32,000 nucleotides of DNA from NCBI RefSeq assembly GCF_000011805.1, contig NC_006841.2. The stretch is one strand, 5' to 3'. Below, piece by piece: positions 21,125 to 30,559 of the stretch; positions within the stretch are counted from its first letter, which is position 1; every line of letters begins with the position of its first letter. The notes below the pieces were generated by a model. That model worked only from the letters and a program-made list of their open reading frames with translations. It was not told where the DNA came from and did not search any database. Source of the stretch: Aliivibrio fischeri ES114. Its GTDB lineage: Bacteria > Pseudomonadota > Gammaproteobacteria > Enterobacterales > Vibrionaceae. Position numbers and translations under genes: made by a program.

Positions 21125-22333
21125 ATGTTTCATCCAGTATCAGTATTTATAGGATTACGATATTTAAGAGGTCGTTCTGGCGATAGATTTAGTCGCTTTA
21201 TCTCTTATATGTCCACAGCCGGTATCACCATAGGCGTGCTGTCTTTGGTGACAGTATTGTCTGTGATGAATGGTTTTGAAGGCCAATTAAAAGACCGTAT
21301 TTTAGGAGTATTACCTCAAGCGGTTATCTCTAGTACGGATAATCAAATTACGCCATTAGATGACGAGCGTGAGTATGTAGCAAGTTTGCCTCATGTGACT
21401 CAAGTTACGCCTGTTGTACGTGGTGAAGCCATCATTCAAAGTGCTCGTGGGTTAAGTGCGGGAATGCTGGTTGGTATTGAACCGAATGAATACGATCCTA
21501 TTGCTTATGAATTAATTTCAGGAAATGTTCGTCAACTTGCAGCAGGTGAATATGGTATTTTCTTAGGGTCGAAATTAGCACGAGAGTTAAGTGTGCGTTA
21601 CGGCGACACTGTTCGTATTATGGTGACCAATGCGAGTCAATATACACCGTTAGGGCGTATTCCTAGCCAACGCAATTTTAAAGTTGTTGGGGTATTTAAT
21701 ACCGGTTCTGATGTTGATGGTCAGCTGATGGTTGCTAATATTCAAGATACCGCTCGTTTAATGAAGCTGAAAAAAGGCAATATAACGGGTTGGCGTTTAT
21801 TTTTTGAAGACCCATTTCAAGTGACCGAATTAGCGAAAATGCCATTAGAGCATGAGATGACATGGAGTGATTGGCGTGATCAACGTGGTGAGTTATTCCA
21901 AGCAGTAAAAATGGAAAAAAACATGATGGGATTGATGCTAGGGTTAATCGTCGCTATTGCGGCATTTAATATTATCTCAGCACTGATTATGGTCGTGATG
22001 GAGAAACAAGCAGAAGTCGCTATTTTAAAAACTCAAGGCATGACGAGTAATCAGGTGTTGGTTATTTTTATGGTACAAGGCGCAAGCAGTGGCGTTATTG
22101 GAGCGATTGTTGGCGGTACCTTAGGGGCTCTTTTTGCTAGCAATATTAACGTGATTCTTTCTACTTTAGGTTTGTCATTATTTACCGTAGGTGGCTCATT
22201 ACCAGCAGAAGTTGAACCATTACAGGTCTGTGTAGTCATTATCCTAGCAATTTTATTAAGTTTATTAGCGACCGTATTCCCATCTTATCGAGCGGCAGTC
22301 GTACAACCAGCAGAGGCATTAAGATATGAGTAA
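21125..22333 (+). CDS. lolC: Lipoprotein-releasing ABC transporter permease
   Basis: [17 protein letters not shown] parallels the E. coli LolC N-terminus. It has a MacB/FtsX-type 4-TM topology with a periplasmic loop. The track ORF starts at TTG 21113, and I prefer ATG 21125. Confidence 0.9.
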   Translation: MFHPVSVFIGLRYLRGRSGDRFSRFISYMSTAGITIGVLSLVTVLSVMNGFEGQLKDRILGVLPQAVISSTDNQITPLDDEREYVASLPHVTQVTPVVRGEAIIQSARGLSAGMLVGIEPNEYDPIAYELISGNVRQLAAGEYGIFLGSKLARELSVRYGDTVRIMVTNASQYTPLGRIPSQRNFKVVGVFNTGSDVDGQLMVANIQDTARLMKLKKGNITGWRLFFEDPFQVTELAKMPLEHEMTWSDWRDQRGELFQAVKMEKNMMGLMLGLIVAIAAFNIISALIMVVMEKQAEVAILKTQGMTSNQVLVIFMVQGASSGVIGAIVGGTLGALFASNINVILSTLGLSLFTVGGSLPAEVEPLQVCVVIILAILLSLLATVFPSYRAAVVQPAEALRYE

Positions 22334-23042
22334 TCCATTATTAGTTTGTCAGGGTATCCGTAAGGTTTACCAAGAAGGCGCGATGGAAACTGAAGTGCTT
22401 AAAGGCGTGGACTTCCAAATTAATGGAAGTGAGTTAGTGGCGATTGTTGGCTCATCAGGTTCTGGTAAAAGTACACTGCTTCATATCTTAGGTGCGTTGG
22501 ATGAACCAACGGCAGGTACGGTGCATTTCCAAGAGAATGAACTGACGAAGTTGAGTGCTAACAAACAAGCTAAAATTCGTAATCAGCATATTGGTTTTGT
22601 TTATCAATTTCACCATCTGCTCGCTGATTTTAGTGCACTAGAAAACGTAGCGATGCCATTACTTATTGGTGGAGTAAATAAGAAAGAAGCTGCGAAACGT
22701 GCCACTGAATTACTGGAAAAAGTAGGGTTAGCGCACCGTATTGAACACCGCCCGTCGGAACTTTCAGGTGGTGAGCGTCAGCGTGTTGCGATTGCTAGAG
22801 CCTTGGTGAATAAACCGGCTTTAGTATTAGCGGATGAACCAACTGGTAACCTAGATCATAAAACGGCATTAGATATTTATAATTTAATGCGTGAGCTTAA
22901 CCAAGAATCAGGTACGGCGTTTTTAGTTGTTACTCACGATAATGAATTAGCCGCAAAATTGGATAAGCAACTAAGTATGCAAGATGGTCGCTTTATCACA
23001 GAAACGGTACGTTCAAGTTTAGCTCAAGAGATGGAGGCGTAA
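22326..23042 (+). CDS. lolD: Lipoprotein-releasing ABC transporter ATP-binding protein
   Basis: Walker [10 protein letters not shown], signature [15 protein letters not shown] and Walker [13 protein letters not shown]. It overlaps lolC by 8 nt. Confidence 0.95.
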   Translation: MSNPLLVCQGIRKVYQEGAMETEVLKGVDFQINGSELVAIVGSSGSGKSTLLHILGALDEPTAGTVHFQENELTKLSANKQAKIRNQHIGFVYQFHHLLADFSALENVAMPLLIGGVNKKEAAKRATELLEKVGLAHRIEHRPSELSGGERQRVAIARALVNKPALVLADEPTGNLDHKTALDIYNLMRELNQESGTAFLVVTHDNELAAKLDKQLSMQDGRFITETVRSSLAQEMEA

Positions 23043-24286
23043 TGTTTTCACCGCTTTCTCTTTTTATCGGTAGCCGTTTTGCACGGGCGAAGCAACGAAA
23101 CAAAATGGTGTCGTTCATTTCTATCTCGTCTACTTTAGGTATTGCGATTGGCGTAGCCGTAATTATCATTGGTTTATCTGCCATGAATGGCTTTGAGCGT
23201 GAATTGCAAAATCGTGTTTTGTCCGTTATTCCGCATGCAGAGCTTGAGGGCGTAAAAAAACCAGTGACTGATTGGCAATCTATGATGATCCAAGCTAAAA
23301 AACACCCAAAAGTCACAGGGGCGGCACCTTATGTGCGTTTTACCGCTTTATTAGAAAGAGGCAGTAAATTAAAAGCAGTAGAAGTAAGAGGTGTTGAACC
23401 TTTACTTGAAAATTCTGTATCTAAATTACCTGAGTATATTGATAAAGCCGCTTGGAATGCGTTTGAGGCCAATAAACAAAGTGTGATTTTAGGTAAAGGC
23501 GTAGCGGATACACTTAATGTGAAAGTTGGGGATTGGATAACAGCGATGATCCCTGATGAGAATGCAGATAGGCAATTGCGTTCTCCAAAACGCCAGCGTT
23601 TACAAGTGGTGGGTTTACTTTCTCTTGGTGGACAAGTTGATCATGGCTTAGCTATTGTTCCTCTTAAGGATGCACAGCAATACATTAATTTAGGTGACAG
23701 TGTCACTGGTGTATCATTACAAGTAAGCAGTGTACTTAATGCTCAAGATATTGTACGTGAAGTGGGTGGTACATTAAGTGAATACGTGTATTTACGCAGT
23801 TGGATTCAAAAATACGGTTATTTGTATCGTGATATTCAATTAGTACGCTCCATTATGTATTTAGTCATGGTGCTCGTTATTGGGGTGGCGTGTTTTAATA
23901 TTGTATCCACTCTTATGATGGCGGTAAAAGATCGCGCTGGAGATATCGCGATTCTTCGTACCATGGGGGCTAACGATGGCCTGATTAAACGGATATTTGT
24001 TTGCCAAGGGATTTTCTCTGGCGTAACAGGGAGTATCGCAGGTTCTGTTTTAGGATCGGTAGTGGCATTGAATTTGACTCCAATGATTAAAGCGCTTGAA
24101 TCTCTTATTGGTCATCAGTTTTTATCTGGGGATATTTATTTTGTTGATTTTCTGCCGTCGCAATTGGTGTGGAGTGACGTGGCGATTGTCACATGTACTG
24201 CGATTTTATTAAGCAGTATTGCCACTTGGTATCCAGCTCGTAGAGCGAGTCGATTGCAACCAGCTGCAGTATTAAGCTCAAAATAA
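23042..24286 (+). CDS. lolE: Lipoprotein-releasing ABC transporter permease
   Basis: [27 protein letters not shown] parallels the E. coli LolE N-terminus. The ATG overlaps the lolD stop. It is a paralogue of lolC. Confidence 0.92.
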   Translation: MFSPLSLFIGSRFARAKQRNKMVSFISISSTLGIAIGVAVIIIGLSAMNGFERELQNRVLSVIPHAELEGVKKPVTDWQSMMIQAKKHPKVTGAAPYVRFTALLERGSKLKAVEVRGVEPLLENSVSKLPEYIDKAAWNAFEANKQSVILGKGVADTLNVKVGDWITAMIPDENADRQLRSPKRQRLQVVGLLSLGGQVDHGLAIVPLKDAQQYINLGDSVTGVSLQVSSVLNAQDIVREVGGTLSEYVYLRSWIQKYGYLYRDIQLVRSIMYLVMVLVIGVACFNIVSTLMMAVKDRAGDIAILRTMGANDGLIKRIFVCQGIFSGVTGSIAGSVLGSVVALNLTPMIKALESLIGHQFLSGDIYFVDFLPSQLVWSDVAIVTCTAILLSSIATWYPARRASRLQPAAVLSSK

Positions 24287-24308
24287 AATATAAGTTTTTA
24301 GTAAGATA

Positions 24309-24340
24309 AAGCCCTTAGATATATTCTGAGGGCTTTTTTT
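24309..24340 (+). terminator. Rho-independent terminator of lolCDE
   Basis: aagcccttag pairs with ctgagggctt (8 to 10 bp including one G-U pair) around a 7-nt loop, followed by a T7 run (24334-24340). Confidence 0.85.
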
Positions 24341-24450
24341 ATGTGATTTAAAAATTCCTAACTATACTTATAGGATATTAAAACTAGGTATATAAGCAAT
24401 AAGGAAAGGCATTATAGAATTTAGTTAATTCATATTGATAGAGGTTAGAT

Positions 24451-25800
24451 ATGGATATACATGATAATAATCGTATTTCAATGTATGTTATTGGAAATGA
24501 TATTCCAATTAATTGTCAGGACCTTGATTTTATATATGTTAATAATTTAGATGAATTAACATTAGATTCTCCTTCAGTAATAATTTTAGCTTTAGAGCCT
24601 AAAAAACAGAATCAAGCATTACTATCCTTACATCAAGATTTTCCACTTTGGGATAGCCAAGTCTATGTTTTACAAGAGAGTACATTGACTGAATACCTAT
24701 CTGATGGCATTTTTGATCCCTTCAAAATTACAGCGCAATGGAAACAGCATCAAAGTAAATTATCTTTAATTGAAGAAGAACCAACAGACAAACTACTGGC
24801 GTGGTTATGGCTTGGGTTGGATCGACGTTTATTGCCTTTATGCCAAAGTGAGAAAAGAGAACTATATTATTATCCATTATTACATTGTTATTTTGGTGAG
24901 GATTATGAGCCTTATCATTATTTTCAATTAGAGGAAAAAAGAGGGTATTTAGAAAAGCTTAATACCGTAGATAAAATAAGATTATGCTCATCTTGTCATA
25001 GCGGACATTTAAATTACATCGAGACTTGCCCCGACTGTAAGAGTACAAACATCGAAGAGATATTATCTCTGCATTGTTTCACTTGTGGTCATGTGGGTAA
25101 AGAGCAACGTTTTGTTAAACAAGATAAACTGCAGTGCCCAAATTGTTTTACTAAGTTACGTCATATTGGTGTTGATTATGATAGACCGTTGGAGCGCTAT
25201 CAATGTCGAGATTGTCAGTTATCATTTTCAGAATCGGTAGTGAGAGTTCGATGTCTTTCTTGTTTCCATATGAATGAGACCAGTGAGTTAATAGCAAGGC
25301 CAATTAATCAATTTAAAGTGGGTGAGCAGGTTAAAGGTCTTATGATGTATGGTCGTCGACCGATAGAGCAAGAGCTCTCACTTAACGGTTTAATTGACCA
25401 AAATTCATTTCATAATTTGTTGGTATGGATAAATAAGCTAGCAATAAGACATGAACAGCACCATTTATTATTAGGGGTTCAATTATCTGGTATTGATAGC
25501 TACTCAAAAGAGTTTGGTGAGATAAAGCGGATACAGTTAATCGATGAAATATCATCTCATTTTAATGGGTTGCTGAGAGACACAGACATTTGCTGTCAAT
25601 ACAATTCAGAACTGATGTTACTTCTTATGCCAATGACACCAAGAAGTTCGCATAAAATTATGGAAGATAAAATCGCCAATATTGCCAGTGATATTGAGTC
25701 TGAACTGGTGACTCTTCATTTGTACATCTGGGAATTGCCTGACCCTTCATTGAGTAATAGTGCTTCAGTATGGTTAGCTGATTTGCTTAAGGATATATGA
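24451..25800 (+). CDS. Soluble regulator-like protein: N-terminal alpha/beta region, three tandem CxxC..CxxC zinc ribbons, C-terminal degenerate GGDEF domain with intact RxxD I-site
   Basis: AGAGG RBS upstream. There are 12 Cys in three CxxC-N10-16-CxxC units (aa 179-271, nt 24985..25263). The C-terminal RDTDICCQYNSELMLLLMPMT aligns residue-for-residue with PleD RAIDLPCRYGGEEFVVIMPDT. That gives an RxxD at 25576..25587 and NSELM in place of GGEEF at 25603..25617. No TM segment. The stop overlaps the next ATG (ATGA). Confidence 0.7.
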   Translation: MDIHDNNRISMYVIGNDIPINCQDLDFIYVNNLDELTLDSPSVIILALEPKKQNQALLSLHQDFPLWDSQVYVLQESTLTEYLSDGIFDPFKITAQWKQHQSKLSLIEEEPTDKLLAWLWLGLDRRLLPLCQSEKRELYYYPLLHCYFGEDYEPYHYFQLEEKRGYLEKLNTVDKIRLCSSCHSGHLNYIETCPDCKSTNIEEILSLHCFTCGHVGKEQRFVKQDKLQCPNCFTKLRHIGVDYDRPLERYQCRDCQLSFSESVVRVRCLSCFHMNETSELIARPINQFKVGEQVKGLMMYGRRPIEQELSLNGLIDQNSFHNLLVWINKLAIRHEQHHLLLGVQLSGIDSYSKEFGEIKRIQLIDEISSHFNGLLRDTDICCQYNSELMLLLMPMTPRSSHKIMEDKIANIASDIESELVTLHLYIWELPDPSLSNSASVWLADLLKDI

Positions 25801-27112
25801 TGGCTGAATTTCAATATATTCTTTATTTAATAACCGGTACGTTGACGACATATTGGGAGTTAATGCTAACTTTTTTGCCTATATTATTGCTTGTTGAAGT
25901 CCCGCTTTTATTGCTCATTTTTATTGGTATTTTGCATTGGTCATGGGGAGCGAATGAAGTCAGGAAACATGAACATCCATCAATCAGTTTTATTGTTACC
26001 TGTTATGCAGAAGGTAAAGAGATAGAAAAAACCATTGCTACTTTGGTTGAGCAAATCTATCCAAACCACATTGAAATCTTAGTTGTGATTGATGGTGCTA
26101 AAGAGAATAAAGAGACGTATAGAACAGCTATATCTTTGATTAAAAATACAAAAATATACCGAATAAGACCATTAAAATTCTTCCTAAATGGCAACGTGGT
26201 GGACGTGTATCGACTCTTAATGCCGGGCTATCAGAAGCAAAATATGAATTGGTTATCAATGTGGATGGAGACACCTCTTTTGATAACAATATGGCGCTTA
26301 AAATGGCGCGAACATTTGCAAATCCTAATGTTATTGCTTGTGGAGGTGCGTTAAGGGTAAGAAATCGAGAGAGCAGTTTCTGGACAAAAATGCAGTCACT
26401 CGAATATATGATGTCGATGCAGAGCAGTAAAACAGGAATGGCAACATGGGGCTTATTGAATAATATTTCTGGTGCATTTGGTGGTTTTAGACGTTCGGTA
26501 TTGAAACAGGTCGGTGGCTGGAATACACATACAGCAGAAGACCTCGATTTAACGATTCGTTTAAAACAATACAAAAAACGATACCCAGGAACTCGGCTTA
26601 ACTTTTCCCCTAGAGCGATTGGACATACTGATGTACCAGATACATTTAAAGGTTTAATGAGCCAAAGATTACGTTGGGATGGCGATCTTCTGTTTGTGTA
26701 TTTACGAAAACATAAACATGGGTTACGCCCAAAATTGTATGGATGGGGAAGTTTTGGTTACACCTTAGTTTATGGTGTTTTACAAGCTGTATTATTACCG
26801 GTATTAATGACACTGTTTAATTTTTATATATTTATATTTTATCCAACAACAGTGGTTCTCGCAGTCCTAAGCTGTTTATACGTCATTTATTTGGTATTCA
26901 TTGCCATGACCTTTCTTATCTATCTCAGCTTGATTTCCGAACGGATCCAAGAAGACCGTGAAATGCTTTTATGGTTATTGATATATCCATTCTATGCATT
27001 GTTTATGCGGTTTGTTACTGCATTTGCCATGATAAATGAAATTGTTAGACGAAGTCATGAGGAGTCAAGCATGGCTCCATGGTGGGTACTCAAACGTGGT
27101 AAGAGGTTTTAA
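25797..27112 (+). pseudogene. Processive family-2 glycosyltransferase (membrane polysaccharide synthase, PgaC/BcsA/Alg8-like), split by a 1-nt frameshift
   Basis: The GT-A fold is divided between ORFs 25797..26354 and 26249..27112. Frame 0 reads ..VVIDGAKENKETYRTAISLIKNTK and then nonsense. The -1 frame is open from 26144 and reads (K)NIPNKTIKILPKWQRGGRVSTLNAGLSEAKYELVINVDGDT. DGD lies at 26264..26272, TAED follows, and QRLRW lies at 26663..26677. TM helices sit at both ends. The span is 1316 nt, which is 1 nt short of 439 codons. Confidence 0.8.
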
Positions 27113-27117
27113 CGATT

Positions 27118-28164
27118 ATGGATGTTAAATTTCATTTAGAAAAAAAGAATAAACCGACCTCAGACAACGGTATGAAAGTGTTGTATGGAATGGAAAAACG
27201 TGGAGCGTATCGTTTTCGATGGTATCTGATACTGGCTATTATTCTTAGTCCTATATTTTTTATGATTTACACCTTTGCAAAACAACATTTATTTACTGTA
27301 GCTCCTGGAATAATCACCACAGGGCCTGTGATCATCACAGCATCTCAAAATGGAACAGTAAAGTTAATTGATGTGAAAGACAGTGAATTTGTTTTGGAAG
27401 ATCAATTGCTAATGGAATTAGATGCGCCCATTTTAGAGCAAGAAATTGAATTTATAGAAAATGAATTAGAGCAATTATACCAAGAGCAAACGCAAAAAAT
27501 TACAGAAGATTTTGGTCCGTATATTAGTGCGATTGGAGCTGCAAAGCTTAATTTAAAAAAGATAACGAAAATCAAAGTCAATTATGATCAATACGCAAAA
27601 GAGGGGAAAGTATCCCAAGTGGATTATGCCGCAATTGTTGGTATTTATAACACCGCACAAAATAATCTTACTAATGCTTATATCGCATTGAATCAAGCTG
27701 AAATCGCACAAAAGCAACGCCTATTGGCTGGCGGTGTTGCTCAAGTTACTCGTGAATTAAACCAAGCATTAACAACGAAAAAAAATCAACTTGATGCATT
27801 GTCAATTAGAGCTCCGTATATGGGATTGGTGATTGATATTAATGCCTTGAAAGGACAACAAATTAGCATTGGGGATCCACTGGTCACTGTATCACCAGAT
27901 GTTGCTCCTTATGTCATTAGTTATTTAGACCCTAAGCACATTGAAAAAGCAAAACTAGGAGCATTAGTAACGGTTAAACTTCCTAATGGTAAAAAAGTAG
28001 AGGCGAGAGTGTCATCTGCCATAGGTTTAACCTCAAAACTTCCTATTCAGTTAGCAAAACCTTTTGAAGGTGCTAAAGCTTTACTCAAGGTTAAAATTAC
28101 ATTTTTAGGGGGGGTATTAGAAAAAGAGTGGGTAGAAGGCATGCCGGTAGAGGTGTATTTTTAG
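27118..28164 (+). CDS. HlyD-type membrane-fusion (periplasmic adaptor) protein, single N-terminal TM
   Basis: TM helix WYLILAIILSPIFFMIYTF. Lipoyl-like half-motifs are present (GIITTGPVIITASQNGTVKLIDVKDSEFVLEDQLLMELD and IRAPYMGLVIDINALKGQQISIGDPLVTV), separated by a coiled coil. It starts 5 nt after the synthase stop. Confidence 0.8.
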   Translation: MDVKFHLEKKNKPTSDNGMKVLYGMEKRGAYRFRWYLILAIILSPIFFMIYTFAKQHLFTVAPGIITTGPVIITASQNGTVKLIDVKDSEFVLEDQLLMELDAPILEQEIEFIENELEQLYQEQTQKITEDFGPYISAIGAAKLNLKKITKIKVNYDQYAKEGKVSQVDYAAIVGIYNTAQNNLTNAYIALNQAEIAQKQRLLAGGVAQVTRELNQALTTKKNQLDALSIRAPYMGLVIDINALKGQQISIGDPLVTVSPDVAPYVISYLDPKHIEKAKLGALVTVKLPNGKKVEARVSSAIGLTSKLPIQLAKPFEGAKALLKVKITFLGGVLEKEWVEGMPVEVYF

Positions 28165-28301
28165 TATTTTTATTAAGTTAGTATAATTAATGAACAACGT
28201 TAGTTTTTACCTATCAATACAATAACTAAAACTGATTAGTAATAAAGAGAAGTTGTTCTTATTATACAGAGATACTTTGCTGTGTATCGGATAGAAAAAT
28301 A

Positions 28302-29804
28302 ATGACAATTTCGGACAACAATACCATCGTAATTTTTGGCGCTTCGGGCGATCTCACTTATCGAAAGTTGATCCCGGCTTTATATCATTTGTATGCCAGT
28401 AACCAACTTCCTTCTACGTTTTCCATTTTAGGTGTAAGCCGAACTCAATATGATGACGAGTCATATAGAGAAAAAATGAAACAATCATTAAGAGAGTTAG
28501 AGAAAACGGAACCTGAAATTTTAGATGCGTTTTGTCATCATTTGCATTACCAAGCACTGAACACATCAGATGTTGATGAATATTCAAAATTGGTGTGTAA
28601 ATTAGACCAGCTTGCTGATAAATACCAATTAGAACAACAAAATACACTTTTTTACTTGGCAACACCGCCAAGTCTTTATGGTGTGATCCCTTCGTGTTTA
28701 GCCGCTCATGGATTAAATGATGAATCTAATGGCTGGAAACGTTTAATCATCGAAAAACCATTTGGTTATGATTTGGCGTCAGCGCTAGAACTTGGTAAAC
28801 AAATTCATCAATATTTTGAAGAGCATCAAATATATCGTATTGACCATTATCTTGGTAAAGAAACCGTTCAAAACTTATTAGTACTGCGTTTTTCAAATGT
28901 AATGTTTGAACCTCTGTGGAACCGTAATTTTATTGATTATGTCGAGATCACAGGCTCTGAGTTTCTTGGAGTAGAAGAGCGTGGTGGTTACTATGATGGC
29001 TCTGGTGCAATGCGTGATATGTTCCAAAATCATTTGCTACAAGTATTAGCAATGGTTGGAATGGAATCGCCTTCAGCAATTAATGCAGATTCAATGCGTG
29101 ATGAGATTGCTAAAGTATTACAAAGCCTGCAGCCTCTGACAGAGCAAGATCTACGTAATAACCTTGTATTAGGTCAATATACTGAATCTGAAGTAAGAGG
29201 ACAGTTTTTACCAAGTTATCGTGATGAACAGGGTGTTGCTGATGATTCTCGTACTGAAACGTATGTTGGCTTAAAAATGTTTATCAATAACTGGCGATGG
29301 AATGGTGTGCCATTTTATGTCCGTACTGGTAAACGCCTTCCAACTCGAGTGACAGAAGTGGTTGTCCATTTTAAAAAGACGCCACATCCAGCGTTTGCAG
29401 AAAATGCTCCTGAAAATAAATTAGTGATACGCATTCAACCTGACGAAGGTATTCAAATGCGTTTCGGCTTGAAAGAGCCAGGTTCAGGCTTTAATGTGAA
29501 AGATGTATCAATGGACTTCCATTATCAATCACTGGCAGAAACACAAATGCTGACAGCTTATGAACGTTTGCTGTTAGATGCGTTGAATGGTGATGCTACG
29601 TTATTTGCACGAAGTGATGCGGTAAATGCATGTTGGAAATTTGTTCAACCGATACTCGATTTTAAACAAGATCCACAAGCCTTATTTGGCTATGCATGTG
29701 GTACTTGGGGACCAAAAGAAGCCGATCAATTATTGGAACGTGATAATAGAAAATGGCGTTTTCCTTGTAAGAACTTAACAGATACGGATTACTGTGAATT
29801 ATGA
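28302..29804 (+). CDS. zwf: Glucose-6-phosphate 1-dehydrogenase
   Basis: 500 aa with the NADP motif [12 protein letters not shown] and active-site RIDHYLGKE. Confidence 0.95.
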   Translation: MTISDNNTIVIFGASGDLTYRKLIPALYHLYASNQLPSTFSILGVSRTQYDDESYREKMKQSLRELEKTEPEILDAFCHHLHYQALNTSDVDEYSKLVCKLDQLADKYQLEQQNTLFYLATPPSLYGVIPSCLAAHGLNDESNGWKRLIIEKPFGYDLASALELGKQIHQYFEEHQIYRIDHYLGKETVQNLLVLRFSNVMFEPLWNRNFIDYVEITGSEFLGVEERGGYYDGSGAMRDMFQNHLLQVLAMVGMESPSAINADSMRDEIAKVLQSLQPLTEQDLRNNLVLGQYTESEVRGQFLPSYRDEQGVADDSRTETYVGLKMFINNWRWNGVPFYVRTGKRLPTRVTEVVVHFKKTPHPAFAENAPENKLVIRIQPDEGIQMRFGLKEPGSGFNVKDVSMDFHYQSLAETQMLTAYERLLLDALNGDATLFARSDAVNACWKFVQPILDFKQDPQALFGYACGTWGPKEADQLLERDNRKWRFPCKNLTDTDYCEL

Positions 29805-30523
29805 TTAACCATAAAATATTTGAAACACCACAAGATGTAGTGACAACGCTAGCGGATGAGCTAAAGCAATTAGGTGAGCAAGGAAAACCTGTTCACATTT
29901 CATTATCCGGTGGTAGCACACCAAAGATGCTTTTTTCACTTTTAGCATCAGAGGCTTATGCTAAAAATATTCAATGGAATAATCTTCATTTTTGGTGGGG
30001 GGATGAGCGTTGCGTTACTCCTACTGATCCTGAAAGTAATTATGGAGAAGCAAATGAATTATTGTTCTCTCGTATTGATATTCCGTTAGAAAATATTCAC
30101 CGTATTGAAGGCGAAAATGAACCTTTGGAAGAAGTGAATCGCTTCTCTAACGAGATGAGAGAATTGATTCCGTTAGAAGATGGGATCCCAGTTTTTGATT
30201 GGATTTTATTAGGCGTAGGAGCAGATGGCCATACTGCATCATTATTTCCTAATAAGACAGATTATAACGATACAAACTTAGCCGTTATTGCGACTCACCC
30301 AGAGTCAGGTCAACAAAGAGTATCGAAGACAGCAAAAGTATTAGAAGCAGCTAAACGTATTAGCTATCTAGTGTTAGGTAGTGGTAAAGCTGAAATTGTT
30401 CAAGAAATTCATACTAAACCAGCAAATGAGTTGCCATACCCGGCAGCAAAAATTCACTCAACATTGGGTGAAACTGAATGGTTTTTAGATATAGATGCAG
30501 CGGCTCGCATTATTAATAAATAG
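29801..30523 (+). CDS. pgl: 6-phosphogluconolactonase
   Basis: 240 aa with [10 protein letters not shown] and [13 protein letters not shown]. The ATGA overlaps the zwf stop. Confidence 0.92.
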   Translation: MINHKIFETPQDVVTTLADELKQLGEQGKPVHISLSGGSTPKMLFSLLASEAYAKNIQWNNLHFWWGDERCVTPTDPESNYGEANELLFSRIDIPLENIHRIEGENEPLEEVNRFSNEMRELIPLEDGIPVFDWILLGVGADGHTASLFPNKTDYNDTNLAVIATHPESGQQRVSKTAKVLEAAKRISYLVLGSGKAEIVQEIHTKPANELPYPAAKIHSTLGETEWFLDIDAAARIINK

Positions 30524-30559
30524 AAGTTCGAGCATAACGCAAATTTTTGGAGTAAAGAT

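Noticed and set aside
26140-26574. 144-aa minus-strand ORF across the synthase frameshift region
   Set aside because: It is antisense to sequence that encodes the GT2 DGD and neighbouring motifs on the plus strand. The plus-strand homology explains the region.
24298-28249. Possible direct repeats flanking the accessory cluster: TTAGTAAGATAAAG (24298..24311) and TTAGTAATAAAGAG (28236..28249)
   Set aside because: The match is short, imperfect and AT-rich, as expected by chance. The left copy overlaps the lolE terminator, and there is no integrase or transposase to use them.
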